64,000 nt of DNA from NCBI GenBank assembly GCA_001643675.2, contig LSRY02000010.1, positions 1,364,001 through 1,428,000 on the forward strand. Direction: 5' to 3'. Origin of the DNA: Monocercomonoides exilis PA203 (taxonomy: Eukaryota > Protista > Preaxostyla). Below the pieces are notes generated by a model. It saw only the letters and a program-made list of their open reading frames with translations. It ran no database searches and had not been told where the DNA came from. Positions 12,001 to 26,300 of the stretch are shown here, one piece after another; positions within the stretch are counted from its first letter, which is position 1, and each line of letters starts with the position of its first letter. A program made the translations under genes and the position numbers.

Positions 12001-14544
12001 GCCTCCTAATTCTTCTGCTTTACAAGATGAAAAACTTGCAGATATCAATTCACACTGATTCACTGTTGATGAAACATATATTGCGCCTCCTTTTTGAGCA
12101 GAACAATCAAAAAAGTTTATTCCATTGAATGCAACAGAAGTGACGCAACCAAGATATATACATCCACCAAAAGCCGAATTCGATGCAATATTACTGAATG
12201 AGCACACTTTGTTATCAATATCTTCATTGGAAGGTATTGGCTTTGTGAAGCTAAATATGCATGATGAACATTCCTTAATAAAAACCATTGCAGTATTGCT
12301 TTCTTGATTTTCTTTTTTCAAAGAGAAGGTTTTTGAAGATGAGAAAGCATTTTCGCCTCCTTTAAATGCACAATTATGTATATTTAATTTTGAATATTCC
12401 TCATTTGTATGAAGATGGACATCAACATAAAGAGCATCTCCATTCATTCCGCTCTGAACATTACATGAAGTAAAATCACAATTATGAATAGTCGAAGAGC
12501 GAAAAATTGCTGCAGCTCCACCAGACGATGATGAAAAACACTTCTCAAAGCTGGAGGACTCGATTGAAACAGTCGACAGCATTTCGTTTGCGGTTGCGAT
12601 AATTGTTAATCCTCCACCGAAAGACTGGCTGTTACTAATTCGAAAGGCTGAAATACCTTCTTTATTGCTTTGTAAATTGTTCGTCGCTGCATACGCTTTG
12701 CACTCCTGAAATACTACATTGCTGATTGTTGCATCAGTAACATCAGAAGGAATAACAAGGGCACTTCCTTCATACGTAATCAACGATTTAAAAAGAACAT
12801 GGTCAATCGAAACTTTTTTGATATGTGAAAGATAAATGCTACTAGAGGCTAAAATGCTTTCAGAAGAGGTGTTCCTTTTACAAGAATGAGAGTTAAACGA
12901 CGAATTGACTTCCACTAAATCAATGCCAGTAAATGAAGCAACTGTCAAAGATTCCAATCCAATAAACGAGGAAAGAGGTCGCTCATTCTCACCATTTGAA
13001 TATGTACTCTTTTTTGAATTTTCATTTACAGAATTATTGTTTAAGCTATTCAAAAGACCTTTAAATGATGTTCCCAGAATGTTGCACTGAACACCTTTGC
13101 TATCACCGTCATTTTGTATGTGAATGCAAAGTCCACATTCCGATGGTTCCAATAAAGATGGCGAACACAGAACTCCAGAAGAATTCAGTGCTTTTTTGTC
13201 TTCATTCACGAGAGAAGTTTTTGTTAACTTACACAGTGAAAATTCGCAATGCTGAATGAGGATGTCTTTAGTGTTGTCACTGTGAGACATTTCGCAATGA
13301 TAGGACTGTGTAGATTCTTTTTCAAATATTGCCATCAATCCAATCTTTGGTTGTGTATCATCTTGAGGCTGATGAACATAAATTCGGCTATTTATGAAAT
13401 AAATTCGAGATGGATTAATCAAATAAAACATTGAATTTAATTCCTCTGCTGACTCTTTGCACAGGTTTTTGGCCGAAATATCTTCATTTTTTCTGTGTTC
13501 AATGCAATTAGCGGACTGATTTGAGAAACTGAAAGAATTATAGTCAGATAAGCCATTGCCATTCGAAAGCATGCTATAATGAGATAAAATATTTGACGGT
13601 TCATTTATTATGCAATTTTCAATCTGAATTATGCTTTGTGACTCGCTCATTAAAATGCATCCAACCATTTTAGTAATTGTGCACGAAGTGATGAAGCATG
13701 AAGAATCTCCGGTATGAATAAAAGCATCTTCACAATCAGAAAAAAGAAGTGAATCCGAAAAGCTTACGGAGCTTTGAGACGCTACGCAAATTAAACCTGA
13801 ATTAACATTATGTTTATTCTCAAATCCAGTAGTCAGTCGATCCAATTTTGAGTTTTGTATCAAATTAATAATATAAAAAGAAGATGCTGTAAAATTCTCA
13901 TTATCTGTCGAAGCACTTAAAAATTTTAGTTCAGGAATTAATGAAAGTTCCGATATTGACGAGTCAGAAGACAAAAATGGATATGATCCATCTTAATTAA
14001 AATTACAAAATCAAACCGAAAAAAATAATTCAACAAACCTTTTGGTGTAAAGTTTTTAATCGCTACGTTTCGCAAGAACACTTCTGTGCAACCTGTAACC
14101 TTCAATATTCCTGCTGCAATATTATCAAATAAAATATCTTTAATCCAAAGCCTAAAAATAGAACATTCATCAAGTTATAAATTCCGAAAAATGAAAATCG
14201 ATTACAAACGTTGACACTGAATGAAAACTGAAAAGATTATCTTTATTCTCAGAATTTGAAGAAATAGTAGATTGATCATTTTCTGGCTTAAAAGTAATTT
14301 TATTCTTATCAGTTAATATAGGTAACGAATTTTGAACAATATGTTGCTCGGTGCTACAAAGATTGATTGTTGTATCATTTTCCAAATTAGGTACAACAAA
14401 AGAAAGAGATCTACAAGGATGCTCGGGATTATCAAGCATGCAATTATCATCGTCATCGCCTTCAGATGGAACAATAGAAATTATTTTTGTAGCCTCAATC
14501 TTATTCCATATTGCCAAGCAACAGAGTAAGAAGAAGGGAATCAT
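6046..14544 (-). CDS. Large type I surface protein with Pmp-like / pectin-lyase-fold beta-helix repeats, 3 exons
   Basis: Signal peptide MIPFFLLCCLAIW. Introns at 14152-14209 and 13992-14038 join it in frame to the 2642-aa ORF. Many FxxC/FxxH/FxxN...GGA(I/V) repeats. Single TM (IGMIALIAVGSVGVVSLSVALIIILIF) followed by a basic stretch and a short Tyr-rich tail. Confidence 0.85.
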
Positions 14545-14708
14545 TGAAATGTGATCAAAATTTCCATAAAGGAATTAAAAATATATCATAAAATAGGATT
14601 TTTGCAAAAATAATAAAACAAAGACAGTACATACATAAAAATAATCACATGAATGATATGCTTTCATGAAATGAAATTTTATGACTATAATAATTTCTTA
14701 TCATTATC

Positions 14709-17700
14709 TCAAGAAGAAATCTTCATTCCAGATGCAATTTGTGCTTTTCGAAGTTGCTCTTCCAGTTTTTGGCGTTCCATCATCTCTTCTCGTTCTCTTT
14801 TAACTCTTTCTTTTTTGGCCTTCTTCATTTGCCTCCGAAATTCTTCGTCTTCAGCTTCCCACTTTCTTTTTCTCCTTTCTATCAATTCATCATCCTCATT
14901 TTCTCCCTCAACTTTTGCCTTTTCCTGTTCTGTCTGTTCAGCTAATCTCTTTCTCTTTCTCTCTTTCTTCTCGTTTTTCTGGTTTTCTTTCATCTGTCTT
15001 GTTTGCTTCTCTCTCTCAGTCAGCTCAGCCAGCGCTGCCTCTATTCTGCGTATTTCCATCGCTGCCTGCTCTTTCTGCTCTTCTGAAATGGATGTCAATT
15101 CATCCTGCGTTTTTGCCATTGAATCTTTTGTTTCATCAGTCATTTGTTCATTTTGTGTTAATTCTTTCCTCTCTTTGTCATTCTCTTTTTGTTCATTCAT
15201 CTCTTTTGCTTTCTTCATTCTCTCTATCTTTTCTCTTAATGCTTCTTCTTCTTCTCTTTTCTTCCTCTTCTCTTCTTCTTCTGCTGGATTGGATGACACT
15301 TGATGAACTAATTCACTGCTCAAAGGCAAAAATGTGTTGTCTTTTGCGGAATTTGTTTTTTTGTCTTTGACACTTTCAACTTTCGTTTTTTCACTTGTCT
15401 TTTCTATTTTTTGGACTTTTTGTGTTTCTTTTTCTTTTTCTTTTTGTTCTTCTTCATTTCTTAAATCGTTCTTCATTTTTCCGTTTTTCTCATTCTTTGC
15501 TGCTTTTCCCTTCACTTGTATATTCTGTCTTTCATTATTTCTTGTTTTTGAATTGTCTTTGACTCCCTCCTTTTTCGTTATTTCTTTTCCTTTTTCTTCT
15601 TTTCGCTTTTCATTTGTATCTTTCTTTGGAGCGTGTTCAACATTATCTTTAATCTCTTCCGATTGTTTGCTTTCTTCCTTTTCATGCTCTTGATTCTCTT
15701 TCTCTTTCTCTTTCTCCTCCTTTTCCTTTTCCATCTCTTTTTCTTTTTCTTTTTCCTTTTCCAATTCTTTCTCTCTTTTCCTCTGCATCAGCAATTCCTT
15801 CAATTTCTGTGTCTTTTCCTTTCTCACCCTCATCCTCTCTTCTTCTGTCATCGAAGAAGTCGGAGAAACAGGAAACGGAGAAACTGGAGGAGCATTCATC
15901 GGAGAATGAGGAAGAGGAGAAAGAGACAATGAAGATGTGGTTGTTTGTGTTGGCGATACAACACTTCCATTTGCTCCTTCGCTGTTGTTTTGTTCTCTTT
16001 CTTTTCTTTCTCTCTCTTTCATCAGTTGAATCAGCCTCAGCTTCATCAGCGCCATCTTTTCGCTTTTCTCTCTCTTCTTCCTCGCTTCCATCTCTTCTTC
16101 TGTCTCTTCTTCTTTTCTCTCTTCTTCTGCTTTGTTTTCATCAACTTTAACATTCGATGGAGTTGTTGGAATTTTCTTTTTCTCTTCTTTCTCTTTCTCT
16201 TCTTCTTCTTCTTCTTCTTCCTTTTTCTTTATCTGTTTTGTGTCTGTTTGTGAAGTGTTGATGACTTTTGACTTTTCAGCTGGCTTTTGTTCATTCTGTT
16301 TCTTTTCTTCTTCTTTCTCTTTTGTTTCTTTTCGTTTTATTGCCTCTTTTGTGTTTTGTGCTTTTTCTTTCTTTTCATTTTCGCTTCTTTCTTTTTTATT
16401 CCTTTCTTTTTCTTTTCTTTCTTTTTCTTCTTTTTCAATCTGTTCTCTTTTTCTTTTCTCTTCCGCTTTTCTTTTCTCCTCTTCTGCTTTTCTTTTTGTC
16501 TCTCTTTCTCTTCTTATTTTCTCCTCGTTTTTCTTCTTCTTTTCTTCCTCTTCCTCTTCCTCTTTCTTCCTTTTTCTTTCTTCTTCTTCCCTCTTCCTTT
16601 GCTCTTCCTCTTCTTTCTTTTTCTTCTCTTCTCTTTCTCTTTTCTTTCTCTCTTTCTCTTCTTCCTTCAATCGTTTTTTCTCCGCCTCTTCTTCTTCTTT
16701 TCTTTTTCTTTCCAATTCTTCCTTTTTGGTTTCTTCTTCTTCGATACGTCTTCTTCTTTCTTCTTCTTCCCTTTTTCTCTTTTCTTCTTCTCTAATTCTT
16801 TTCTCTTCTTCTTCTTTCGCTTTAACTTTTGTTTCTTCTTTTGCTTTTTCTTTAGCTTTTGCTTCTTCTTCCTCTTCCTCATATTCTCTCTGGTTTTCTT
16901 CATTCATTTCGTTCTCATTTATTTCACTTTCCTTTTCTTCTTCTCTTTCTTTCTTTTTCTCATTCACTTCTTCAACAACCACTTCATCTTTAATATTCTC
17001 CATCTTATCATAAAAATAATTCATTTTTTCATCTTCTTCCTTTTTGTCTTCTTTCCTTTTTTCTTCCTTATCCTTTTCTTCTCTTTCTTCAACATTTTGT
17101 GCTTCTGTTTCAGAATGTTCTGGAATTGTTTCTATTTCTCTTTCAATCACTTTTTCTCCTTCGTTTTCTTCCTCTGTTTCTTTTTCCTTCTTATTTTTCA
17201 TCTTTCTTTCTTTCTTTTCTGCCATTTCTTTGTTTGATGATTCAACATTTGTTTTTGCCTTCGCTTTTTCTTTCTTTGCCTTTCTCTTCTTCTTCAACTC
17301 ACTTTCTCTTTCGAGTTCTGTAAAAGCCATCGAATAATCTGAACTTTCATCCATTTCATTCTGTTCTTGCAATCCTCCCTTTTCATCTTTTGCTCCTTGT
17401 CCGTCTTTTTCCTGTGCTTCTTCCATTTCCTTTTCTATCTTCATTTTCTCTCTTTCTGTTCGGTTCAGATCAAATCCATTTTCAATCACAAATCTTTTTA
17501 TTTCTGCTTCTTCTACTCTTTTCCGTTCGTTCTTTTCGACCCTCCTCCTCACCACTCTCAATCTGTGCTCTCTTTCTCTTTCCTTCTTCCGCCTTTCTTC
17601 CTCCATCTTCCTCTTCTCTTCTCTTCCTCTTTCTTCTCTTTCCTTCATCCGCTCCATCTCTATCAGTTTTCTGTTCTCTTCTTCTTCCAACAGCTTCTTC

Positions 17701-20165
17701 CTTCTTTCTTCAATCGCCTTCATCTTCTCTTCTCTTTCTCTTTCTCTTTCTTTCATCTCCCTCATCTTTCTTTCGTGTTCGCTTTGTGCAAACAATTCTC
17801 TCTTCCTTTTAATCTCTTCTGCTCTTTCTAATTCCTCTTTCTCTCTTTTCTCTTTCTCCTCTGCTTCTTTCTGCTGTCTCTCTGCAAACTTCATTCTTTG
17901 CTCGTCTCTGCTTCCTTTTGGTGCTTCATTCAATTCTCTTTGTTTTCTTCTGGAAATACGAACATTCTCCCTCTTTTTTGTTGCATTTTCTTCATTTGAA
18001 ATAAAAACATTAGTTTCGCTTTCTTTTCCTTCTCCTTTCTCTTTTGCTTTCTCTGCTGTCATTTCTCTTTCCTTCTCTTTTTTTGTTCCATTTTCAGACA
18101 ACTTTGGAAGACTTCCTTCTTTTCTCCTTCTCATTCCAGTTCTGTTTGGGCTTCTCTTCTCTTCTCTGGTTGTTTTTGCGTTCTCTTCCTGTTCTGTTAT
18201 TCGAGAGAGAATCCTTTCTAATGCCCTGCTCCACACTTCCTCTTGCACAGAAATGGCACTTTCTAACAATATTATCAAATATCAAATAGGATATTTCCAA
18301 TAAATAAATAAATAAATAAATAAATAAGTAAATAAAAAACATTGACTTTTCAAATAATCAATAAAAAATACAACAAATTTCTCACACTTCCTCTTTTGTG
18401 ATTGTTGTGCTTTTCAAAACTGAATGGCATTCGTCTTTGGAATGGAATTTCTCTTTCTGTTTGAGCATCTCTTCTGAATGCTCTTCTTGTTCCTCTTTCT
18501 CTCGTCCGCCTTCCATTTCTTGTTTCTCTTCCTTCTCTTCCGTCTTCCATCTCAAAATCACTTTCTTTTCCTCTTCTTATTCTTTCTGTTTGCATTCCAC
18601 GAGCTAAATGTGACTGAGATCTGCTTGATGGATATTCATCTCTTTCATGTTTTGAATTACACTCTTCATTCTCTTCTCTTTCTCTGATTCCATTCAATCC
18701 CTGCCTTCTTGTTCCAATCTCACTTCTTGATCTTTTCATTCTCCTTGCTTCTTCCCTTCTTTTTGCTTCTCTCATTCTCAACTCCTCCAATCGGATTTCT
18801 CTCTCCTTCTCTTTTTTTTCTGCCTCTTCTCTTTTCCTCTCCCCTGCCCTTTCTGTCTCCAGCTGCAGATTCCTCTCTCTGAATGCCATTTCTCTCCGAT
18901 AGCGATATTCTCCATCGTCTGGCATGAGCATCTGCTGCTGGTGAATGTAAAGTGAATTGCTTATTCTTCTTCCTTTCCACAACGCTGGCATCACAATTGG
19001 CGCAGGAGAGCTGTAAGGAGTTAAAGAAGCAGAAGATGCTGGGCGAAATGTTGGACGCATCGGAGAAGAAGAAGAAGAAGAAACAGAAGAAGAAGAGGAA
19101 GAAGAAGAAGTGGAAGATGTTGGCTGTGAGAGTTGAGGTGACGATGAAGAAAATGAAGAGGATGGATAAATATTTGACGATGCAGTAGAAGTTGGATAAA
19201 GACGAGGCAATGGTGTTGTGTTTTGCTTGTTAAATCCTCTTTCCTCTTTCCCCTTTTTGCGCAGTCTTGTTGTTGCCATCGTTGTTGACACTCTCCTTCG
19301 AGACGGAGAGAAGAGAAGAGAAGAAGAGCTCTGTTCACGAGTAGTGTTGAAGCCATCATCAGATGGAGAAGGATGAAGTGAATCTCTTGGCGTGTAAAGC
19401 GGGCTGCTTTGCACTGCAGCTGATGACACTTGAATGGAAGGAGCAAGAACTGAAGTGGATTGGGAATGGCTGGATGTAGAGTCAGATGTGTATCTGGACC
19501 TCCTTTGAATTGTAGGCATATTCTCTATAGAATTTTCAGATGGTAATGAAGAGGGAAGCTTTGAATTTTTTGTGCGACGTGAAGAAGTGATGGTGTGACG
19601 TGATGCTCTTGAAGAAGATGTTCCTCTTCTGACACTCTTTGGAGCAGCAGTTTTACCAAATGAATCAATTTCAGATTGATTTTGATCTTCAGTCGAAAAT
19701 TCTCCTTCTGACTCATCGTTTGGAATTCTTGAAGCAGAATTTATTGGTTGCGGCACGATAAGCGGTGTCGGATTATTGACAGAGGATGGAGATAATGAAG
19801 CATTTCGTCCACTTTTTTTTGGCAAAGCCTCTCTTTCTGTTTGATAATTATCGTCATTTGCTTCGCTTGTTTCATTCAGATAATTGTGCTCATAAGCGTT
19901 TTGTTCATTATCTTTTGAATGTCAGTGGAAATTGTTTCAAAGGTTATTTTTAAAATCAATAACAATTTGAAGGTTTTGAAAAAAAGAAGAATCAACAATT
20001 GTTGTAATATCAAAACAAAAATCGAACCTGTTGCTTCCTGCTATTTATTATATTGAATGAGATGAAATATTTTTCAGTTTTATTGAAGAAAGAAACAGAA
20101 ATGAATAAAAATCAAAAATGCATCAAAAGAAATAGAAAAAAAAGATAAATCCAAACAAAATCCAT
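14709..20165 (-). CDS. Hypothetical Ser-rich and E/R/K-rich coiled-coil or single-alpha-helix protein, 4 exons inferred
   Basis: ORFs 18350-19825 and 14709-18278 join across an AT-rich intron (~18263-18387). Proposed 5' end: ATG at 20165, 9-nt exon, intron 20041-20156, 13-nt exon 20028-20040, intron 19912-20027, giving MDFQEATDNEQNAY in frame. Confidence 0.7.
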
Positions 20166-20347
20166 TATTACGCTTTGCAAAATTACCTTCTATGTAAATT
20201 TGACCTTCTGATTATTGGAAAACGTTTCTAAAACAAGCACTTTAAACTTTTTAATTGTTTTGATAACCATAATAACTTAAAATTGATCAGTTGAAAAAGT
20301 GATGATGTGAAAAAATAAAAGCTAAACAAAAAATAATGAAGCGAAGA

Positions 20348-23300
20348 TCATTGAAGTGTTAATGAAGGAGGTAGAGGTGTTGATAGAAAAAGTGGAGATT
20401 GAGCAGTTTGTTGAGAGGATCTTGAAGAAAAAGAGGAATGAAGAATAGAAGAAAGTGATTGGCCATTTGAAATTCCGTTTTGAGGTGAATTTTGTGAAAG
20501 AGAAGTTGCTCTGGGGCTGAATTGAAATGTAGGTTGTGATCTGTTTTGAGGAGGAGGGACATAAGGAAGATAAGCAGACAAAGATAGCTGAGGTTGTGAT
20601 GTTAGTGAAGATGTGTGAGAAAAAGAGGAAGATGTTGCTGTTGGAGAAGTGAAGAAAGAAGGGAGAGGTTTTTCATTCCGATGTCTTGACGGGCGAATAG
20701 GGGATTTTATGTCTGTTTCAACAAAAGATGAGGTGGAAGACAAAGCATTTGTTGAAGAGAGAGAAGAGATTGAGAGAGGGAAAGAACTGTCATCATCATC
20801 TTCTTCATCGTCATTATCATCTTCATTGTCATCAGAATTATCAGAGGTATTTCCCACTTCTGATAGAAACTCCATTGGAAATGGCTGTTTTTGTGCATTT
20901 GGAGGAGAGCTGTTCTTTTGAGCATTGGAGGAAGCAGCAGTGACAGAAAGGTTGAATGCAGTGGATGAATTAGAGAGAGGCCTGGCTAATGTCGAAGAAG
21001 GAGAAAGAGAAGGAGAAGAAGGAGAAGAAGAGGAAGAGGAAGAGGAGGAAGAAGAAGAAGAGCCAGCAAAATCTCTAAAGTTTGTTGATGCCAATGGCTG
21101 TGTTGAAGAAGACTGCTGAAATGTGTCTGTCAGTTTGAGATCATCTGCACCAAAGCTGATGGTGTCTTCATCTTCTCTGCTTTTATCTCCATTCAAATCA
21201 TCTAATTCATCATCATCATCTTCTTCTTCTTTTGCATTGTCTTTCTCTTTCTCTTCTTCATCATTCCCATCTTTGATTTCTGTTCCATTCTTCCCTTTCA
21301 TCACAGAAGGTGGAGAAAGTGATGAATGAGAACGTGTTTCTGAGCTGTTTCGTTTTTCTTCTTGTTTTCTTCCTCTTTTCACTTCCTTTTCTTCATCTTT
21401 GTCTTCTTCTTCTGACTCATTTTCATCTGATGAATCTTTTGGCTTTTCATTCTCTCTCATTTGAGAATGAACAGGAGAAGAAGGCTTTGAAGGCAAAAAG
21501 GAAGAAGAAGTTGTGAATGATGGAGAAAGTGGTTGAGAAGAGGCTGAAGCAGATGAAGAAGAGGGGAAAGAGGAAGAGGAAGAGGAAGAAGAAGAAGGAA
21601 AAGATGATGATGTTTTTGGGGAATCAAAAGTTCTGTTTGCAATAGGAGATGAATAAGGATGAGAAATGAAAGAAGTTTTTGTGGTGAGTTCGAATTGAGA
21701 AGGTTTTTCGTTATCAGGCTGAGAAAGAGGAGGAGGAGGAGGAAGAGGGAAAGGAAGATGGGAAAGACGAGGAGAGAAAGGGGAAGAAGTTGTGGCAGAA
21801 GGCGATTGAGTGGAAGAATATGTCAATGAGGAAGGAGAATAAGAAGAGGAAGAATAACTGTAGTGCTTGTGTTTGCGGGGAAATGGAGTGGAAGATGAAA
21901 TGAATGAAGAAGAAGAAGAAGGGGAAGAAGAAGGAGAAAAAGAAGAAGAGAATGTTGGAGAAGGAGAGAATGTTGAAGAATAAGTGGAACGTGTTTGTGA
22001 AGGTGTATATGAGGATGAATAGGAAGAGGAATAGGAAGAAGAATAAGAAGAGGACAATTGAGAAGAAGGGGTGAAGGAAGAAGAGTCAAATGTTGATGAA
22101 TAAGAGCCTGTTGGTGATGAAAGAGCGGAAGAACTTGATGAAATGAAAGAAGATGTGTTCGAATAAGAAGGTGTTGTGGTTGAAAGAAAACTCGAATAAT
22201 CTTTTCTTCCAGTCCTTCTTTTTCTATCACTGAAACTGGCATCATCATTTTCTCCTTCTCCTTCTCTTTCTCCATCGTTTTCTTCTTCATCATCTTCATC
22301 TTCACTTCCAAAGTCAAACACAGAATCTCCTTCTTTCATCTTACTGCCAATTTTGATGATTGGCAGAGACAGATTGAGAGAAGGCAGTCTTTTTGGCTTC
22401 GATTGAATGTTTTGCTCATTCCACAGCTTATCAGTCACATTTTGTGACTTGCTCTTCTCTTTTTCGTTTTCTCCCTCGTTTTCATTATCTCCCTTTAGCT
22501 CCTCTGGTTTCATTTCATTCGCATCTTCAAAGTCATCTGGATATTCTTCTTCTTCTTCTTTCCCTTTTTCACCATTCTGTTCCTCAAAATTGTGATCTTC
22601 TTCGTCTTCTTCTTTGATCAAGCTCATCTCCTTTATCTTTTTGCCTCCTTTCTTCTTCTTCTTCTTCACAATAATCTTCTTCTTCCTTCTTTGCCTCTTT
22701 CTTCCCATCTCTTTTTCCCTTCTCGCTTCTTCTTCCTCTGCTGCTGCTTTTTGTGAGCCAAATGCTCCTTCACTGAACGATAAACCTGCATTTTCCAGTG
22801 CACTTTTCAACATTTCAGCGAATATTTTTGCCTCCTCTTCTCTCTCTCTCTCTCGTTCTCTCTTCTTCTCTTCTTCTCTTCTTATCCTTTCCAATTCTTC
22901 TCTCCTCACTCGCTCTTTCTCTCTCTCAATCTCTCTCTCTCTTTCTTCTCTCTCATATTGTTCTCTTCTTCTCCTCTCTTCTTCTTCAATTTGTCTTCTT
23001 CTTTCTTCTTCAACTTTCCTCCTCTTTTCTTCTTCTTCTCTTTCTCTTTCTTCTCTTTCCTTCGCTCTCTTTAATGCTACTTTCTCTTCTTCCTCTTTTT
23101 CTTCCATCTTCAAAAACCTCTTTTTCATTTCTTCCAACCTTTTTTCTTCGTTGTGCACAGACAAAAGATGACGAAGATAAGAATTTTGTCCTTCTTTTGT
23201 GGAAAGAAAAGCAGAGATGGCTGAAGAAGGCTGGTTGGACGAATAAAGAGAAGGGAAAAAGCCTTCGTATGGCTCTAATGAAAGGGGAGGGCGTGAAGGC

Positions 23301-26300
23301 AATGCTGATTGAAGGGGAGAAGAAGAAGGAGGAAGAGAAGAAGAAGATGATGATGAAGATGATGATGAAGCAGCAACTGGAATGGAGTGTTTAGCTGGTG
23401 GAGTTCGATGAGGCAACATTGGATCAATGAACTCTATTTCATCATCATCTACATCTTCTTCTTCTTCCTCATCTTCTTCTTTCTTTTTATGTGAATTGCG
23501 GTTTGCATCAGATTTCTTTCTGTTTCCTTTCAGATTTGGCAGAGGAAGAACATGTTTGTTGTATTCCTCTCCTTCTCTCTCTTTTTCTTTCTCTCTCTTT
23601 TTCTCTTTCTTTGGATCTCTCAATGGATTGCCAACTTTTTGCATTTGCTGCATCAGCACTTCAACTCCACCTCCAATCTCATTTGTTCCTTCTTCTTCGA
23701 CTTCTTTGATTTCTTCTTCTTTTGCTTTAGTTTTTGATTTTGATCTTGTTTTTGATTTCTTTTTCATTCCTTCTTTTCCTTCTTCTTTATCCTCTTCTTT
23801 GCCTCCTTCAGATGTTTTTCGCGCTTCTTCTCTTTTCTTCATTCTTTGGAACAAATCATTCATTTTTCGATCAAGCTTATCCAGTTTGATTCTTTCTCCT
23901 TCTTTCTCTCTTTGCCCCGCTTTTTGTTCTGTCTCATTCATTTCTCCTTTCTCTTCCTCAAAAGCAGAACTTTCCTTTTGTTTTTGACTGCCTTTTCTTC
24001 TCTTCATTTTGTATTCATCGTTCAAAAATTCAGATGGAACAACATAAATTGGAGTTGTATTCAGATAGTCAAAATTGCCTTGACTTTCTTTCTTATCAGC
24101 TTTTTCTGGACTTTTCTTTCGTTCTTCCTCTTTTTTCATCTCTTCTTCTTCATTTCTCTTTCTTTCTCTTTCTCTCTTTCTCATCTTTCTTCTTCTCTCT
24201 CTTTCTTTTCTTTCTTCTTCTTCTTCTTTTTCTCTTCTCTTTCTTTCTTTCTCTCTTCTTCTTTCTTCCTCCTCTTCCTCCTCTTCCCTTCTCTTCCTCT
24301 CCCTTCTTCTCCTCTCTCTCTCTCTTTCCTCTTCCTCTTCAATTTGTCGTCTTCTTCTTTTCTCTTCTTCTCTCTCTCTTTCTCTTCTTTTCCTTTCCTC
24401 TTCCCATTCCAATCGATCAATTTCATTTCGATTTGCAAGCAATTTTTTAGCTTCGTCTTCTGCTTTCTTTTGCATTTCTCTTTCTCTTTCTTCTTCGTCA
24501 AGAATTCTTTTAAGCTCCTTCTTTCTCTCTTCTTCTCTTCTTCTCCATTTCTCCTCCTCTTCTTCTTTCTCTTTCCTTTTCTCTTCTTCAATCATCGTCC
24601 TCATCAATGCACGATTCATTTCTCTCTCTTTTTCTCTTTCTTTCTCTCTCTCTCTTTCTCTCCTTCGATTTTCTATCAAAGCATTCAATCTTTCCTTCTC
24701 AATGCTGATTTCCCTTTCTCTTTCAGCTTCTCTCTTTTTCATCTCTTCCATCTCTTTTTGCGTTTTTCTTTCTCTTTCTCTCTCCTTCTCTAATTCTCTT
24801 TCTTTCTCCAATTCTTCTTCTTTCTCCTCAATTCTTCTTCTTGCCTCTTCAATTTCTTTTCTCCTTTCTCTTTCTCTCTTTTCCTCTTCTTCAATTTCAA
24901 TTCTTCTTTTCTCCAACTCCATCAGTTCCATCTGATGCTCCTTTTCTCTTCTCTCTCTCCTTCTTTGCTCAGCCTCTCTTTCCATTTCTTCCTCTTTCTC
25001 TCTTTCTCTCTTTCTCAACTGATCAATTTTCTCTTCTTCTCTCTTCTTTCTCTCTTCCTCTTCTTCCTCTTCTCTCTTCCTTCGCTCTCTTTCCCACTCT
25101 TTCGCCTTCTTTCTTTCTTCTTCTCTCTTTCTTTCCAGTCTTATCTCTTCTTCAAGATTATTCAGCTCTTCCTCAATCCTCTTCCTTTCCATCATCAGCA
25201 TCTCATTTTCTTCTTTTTTCCTTCTGATTTCTTCTTCAAATCTTTCTTTATCAGCTTTGCGTTGTCTCTCATTTTTCATCTTTTCCCACTCTTTCCTTCT
25301 TTCTTCCTCTTCCTCTTTTGTCTTTCTTTCCTTCTCTCTCTCTTTCTCAAGAAGAGCTTTTATTCTGTCTCTTTCTCTTTCGTTTTTCTCCCTCTCTCTC
25401 TCTTCTTCCCATTGTCTTTTCTCTTCTTCTTGTGCTTCTCGTTCTCTTCTCTTCCTTTCTTCTTCTCTTCTCCTCTCTTCCTCTTCTTTCCTCTCTTCCT
25501 CTCGAATTCTTGCTTCAATCTCTTTTTGCTGTTTTATCTGCATTTTCCTTTCATATTCCCATTCTTTTTCTCTGATTTTTTCTCTTTCAAGACTCAGCTC
25601 TCTTCTTCTTATCCTCTCAATTTCCATCACACGCTTTCTCTCTCTCTCTTCTTCTTCTTCTTCCATCGCTTTCCTCTCTTCTTCTCTTCTTCTTCTCTCT
25701 TCTTCTTTTTCTTTTATTTGCTGTATTCTTTTTCTTTCCAGCATCTCCTTTTTCCATTCTTCTTCTTCTCTTTCTTTCTTTTCGAATTCTTCTCTTTCCT
25801 TTTTCCTCTTTTCCAGAATCATACGAAATTCTTCCTCCCTCTCGTGCTCCCTTTCTTCTCTCTCTCTCTCTCTCTCCTTTCTCTCTCTCTCTCTCCTTTC
25901 TCTTTCTAACTTCCTTTTTTTCTCTTCAATCTCAATTTCTTTTTCCATTCGTTCAACTTCAAGTTGCATTCGCTTTATTTTCATATCTTCTTCTGCAACC
26001 TCTTCATTGAACCTCATCTCTCTTGCCCTTCTTATTCTTTCCTTCTCGTGCTCAATCGCCATTTCTTTGAATTTCATTTCTTCTTCGTCTCTCTTCATAA
26101 GGAATTCGAGTTGTTTCATTTCCCTTTCTCTTTCTTTTTCTTCTCTTTCTTCCTTTATTTTTTCTTCTTCATCTTCTCTTTCTCTTTGCCTTCTCATTTC
26201 TTTTATTCTCCTTTCTTCTTCTCTCTCTCTTTTCTCTTCGTCGTTTTCATCTTCTTCCTTTGTTCTTTGTAATTCTTTTTTTTTAATTCTCCGTTTTCCA

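Noticed and set aside
18298-18336. (TAAA)n and (TTTTA)n arrays here and near 39480 and 40093
   Set aside because: Simple microsatellites, with no spacers or other CRISPR- or telomere-like structure.
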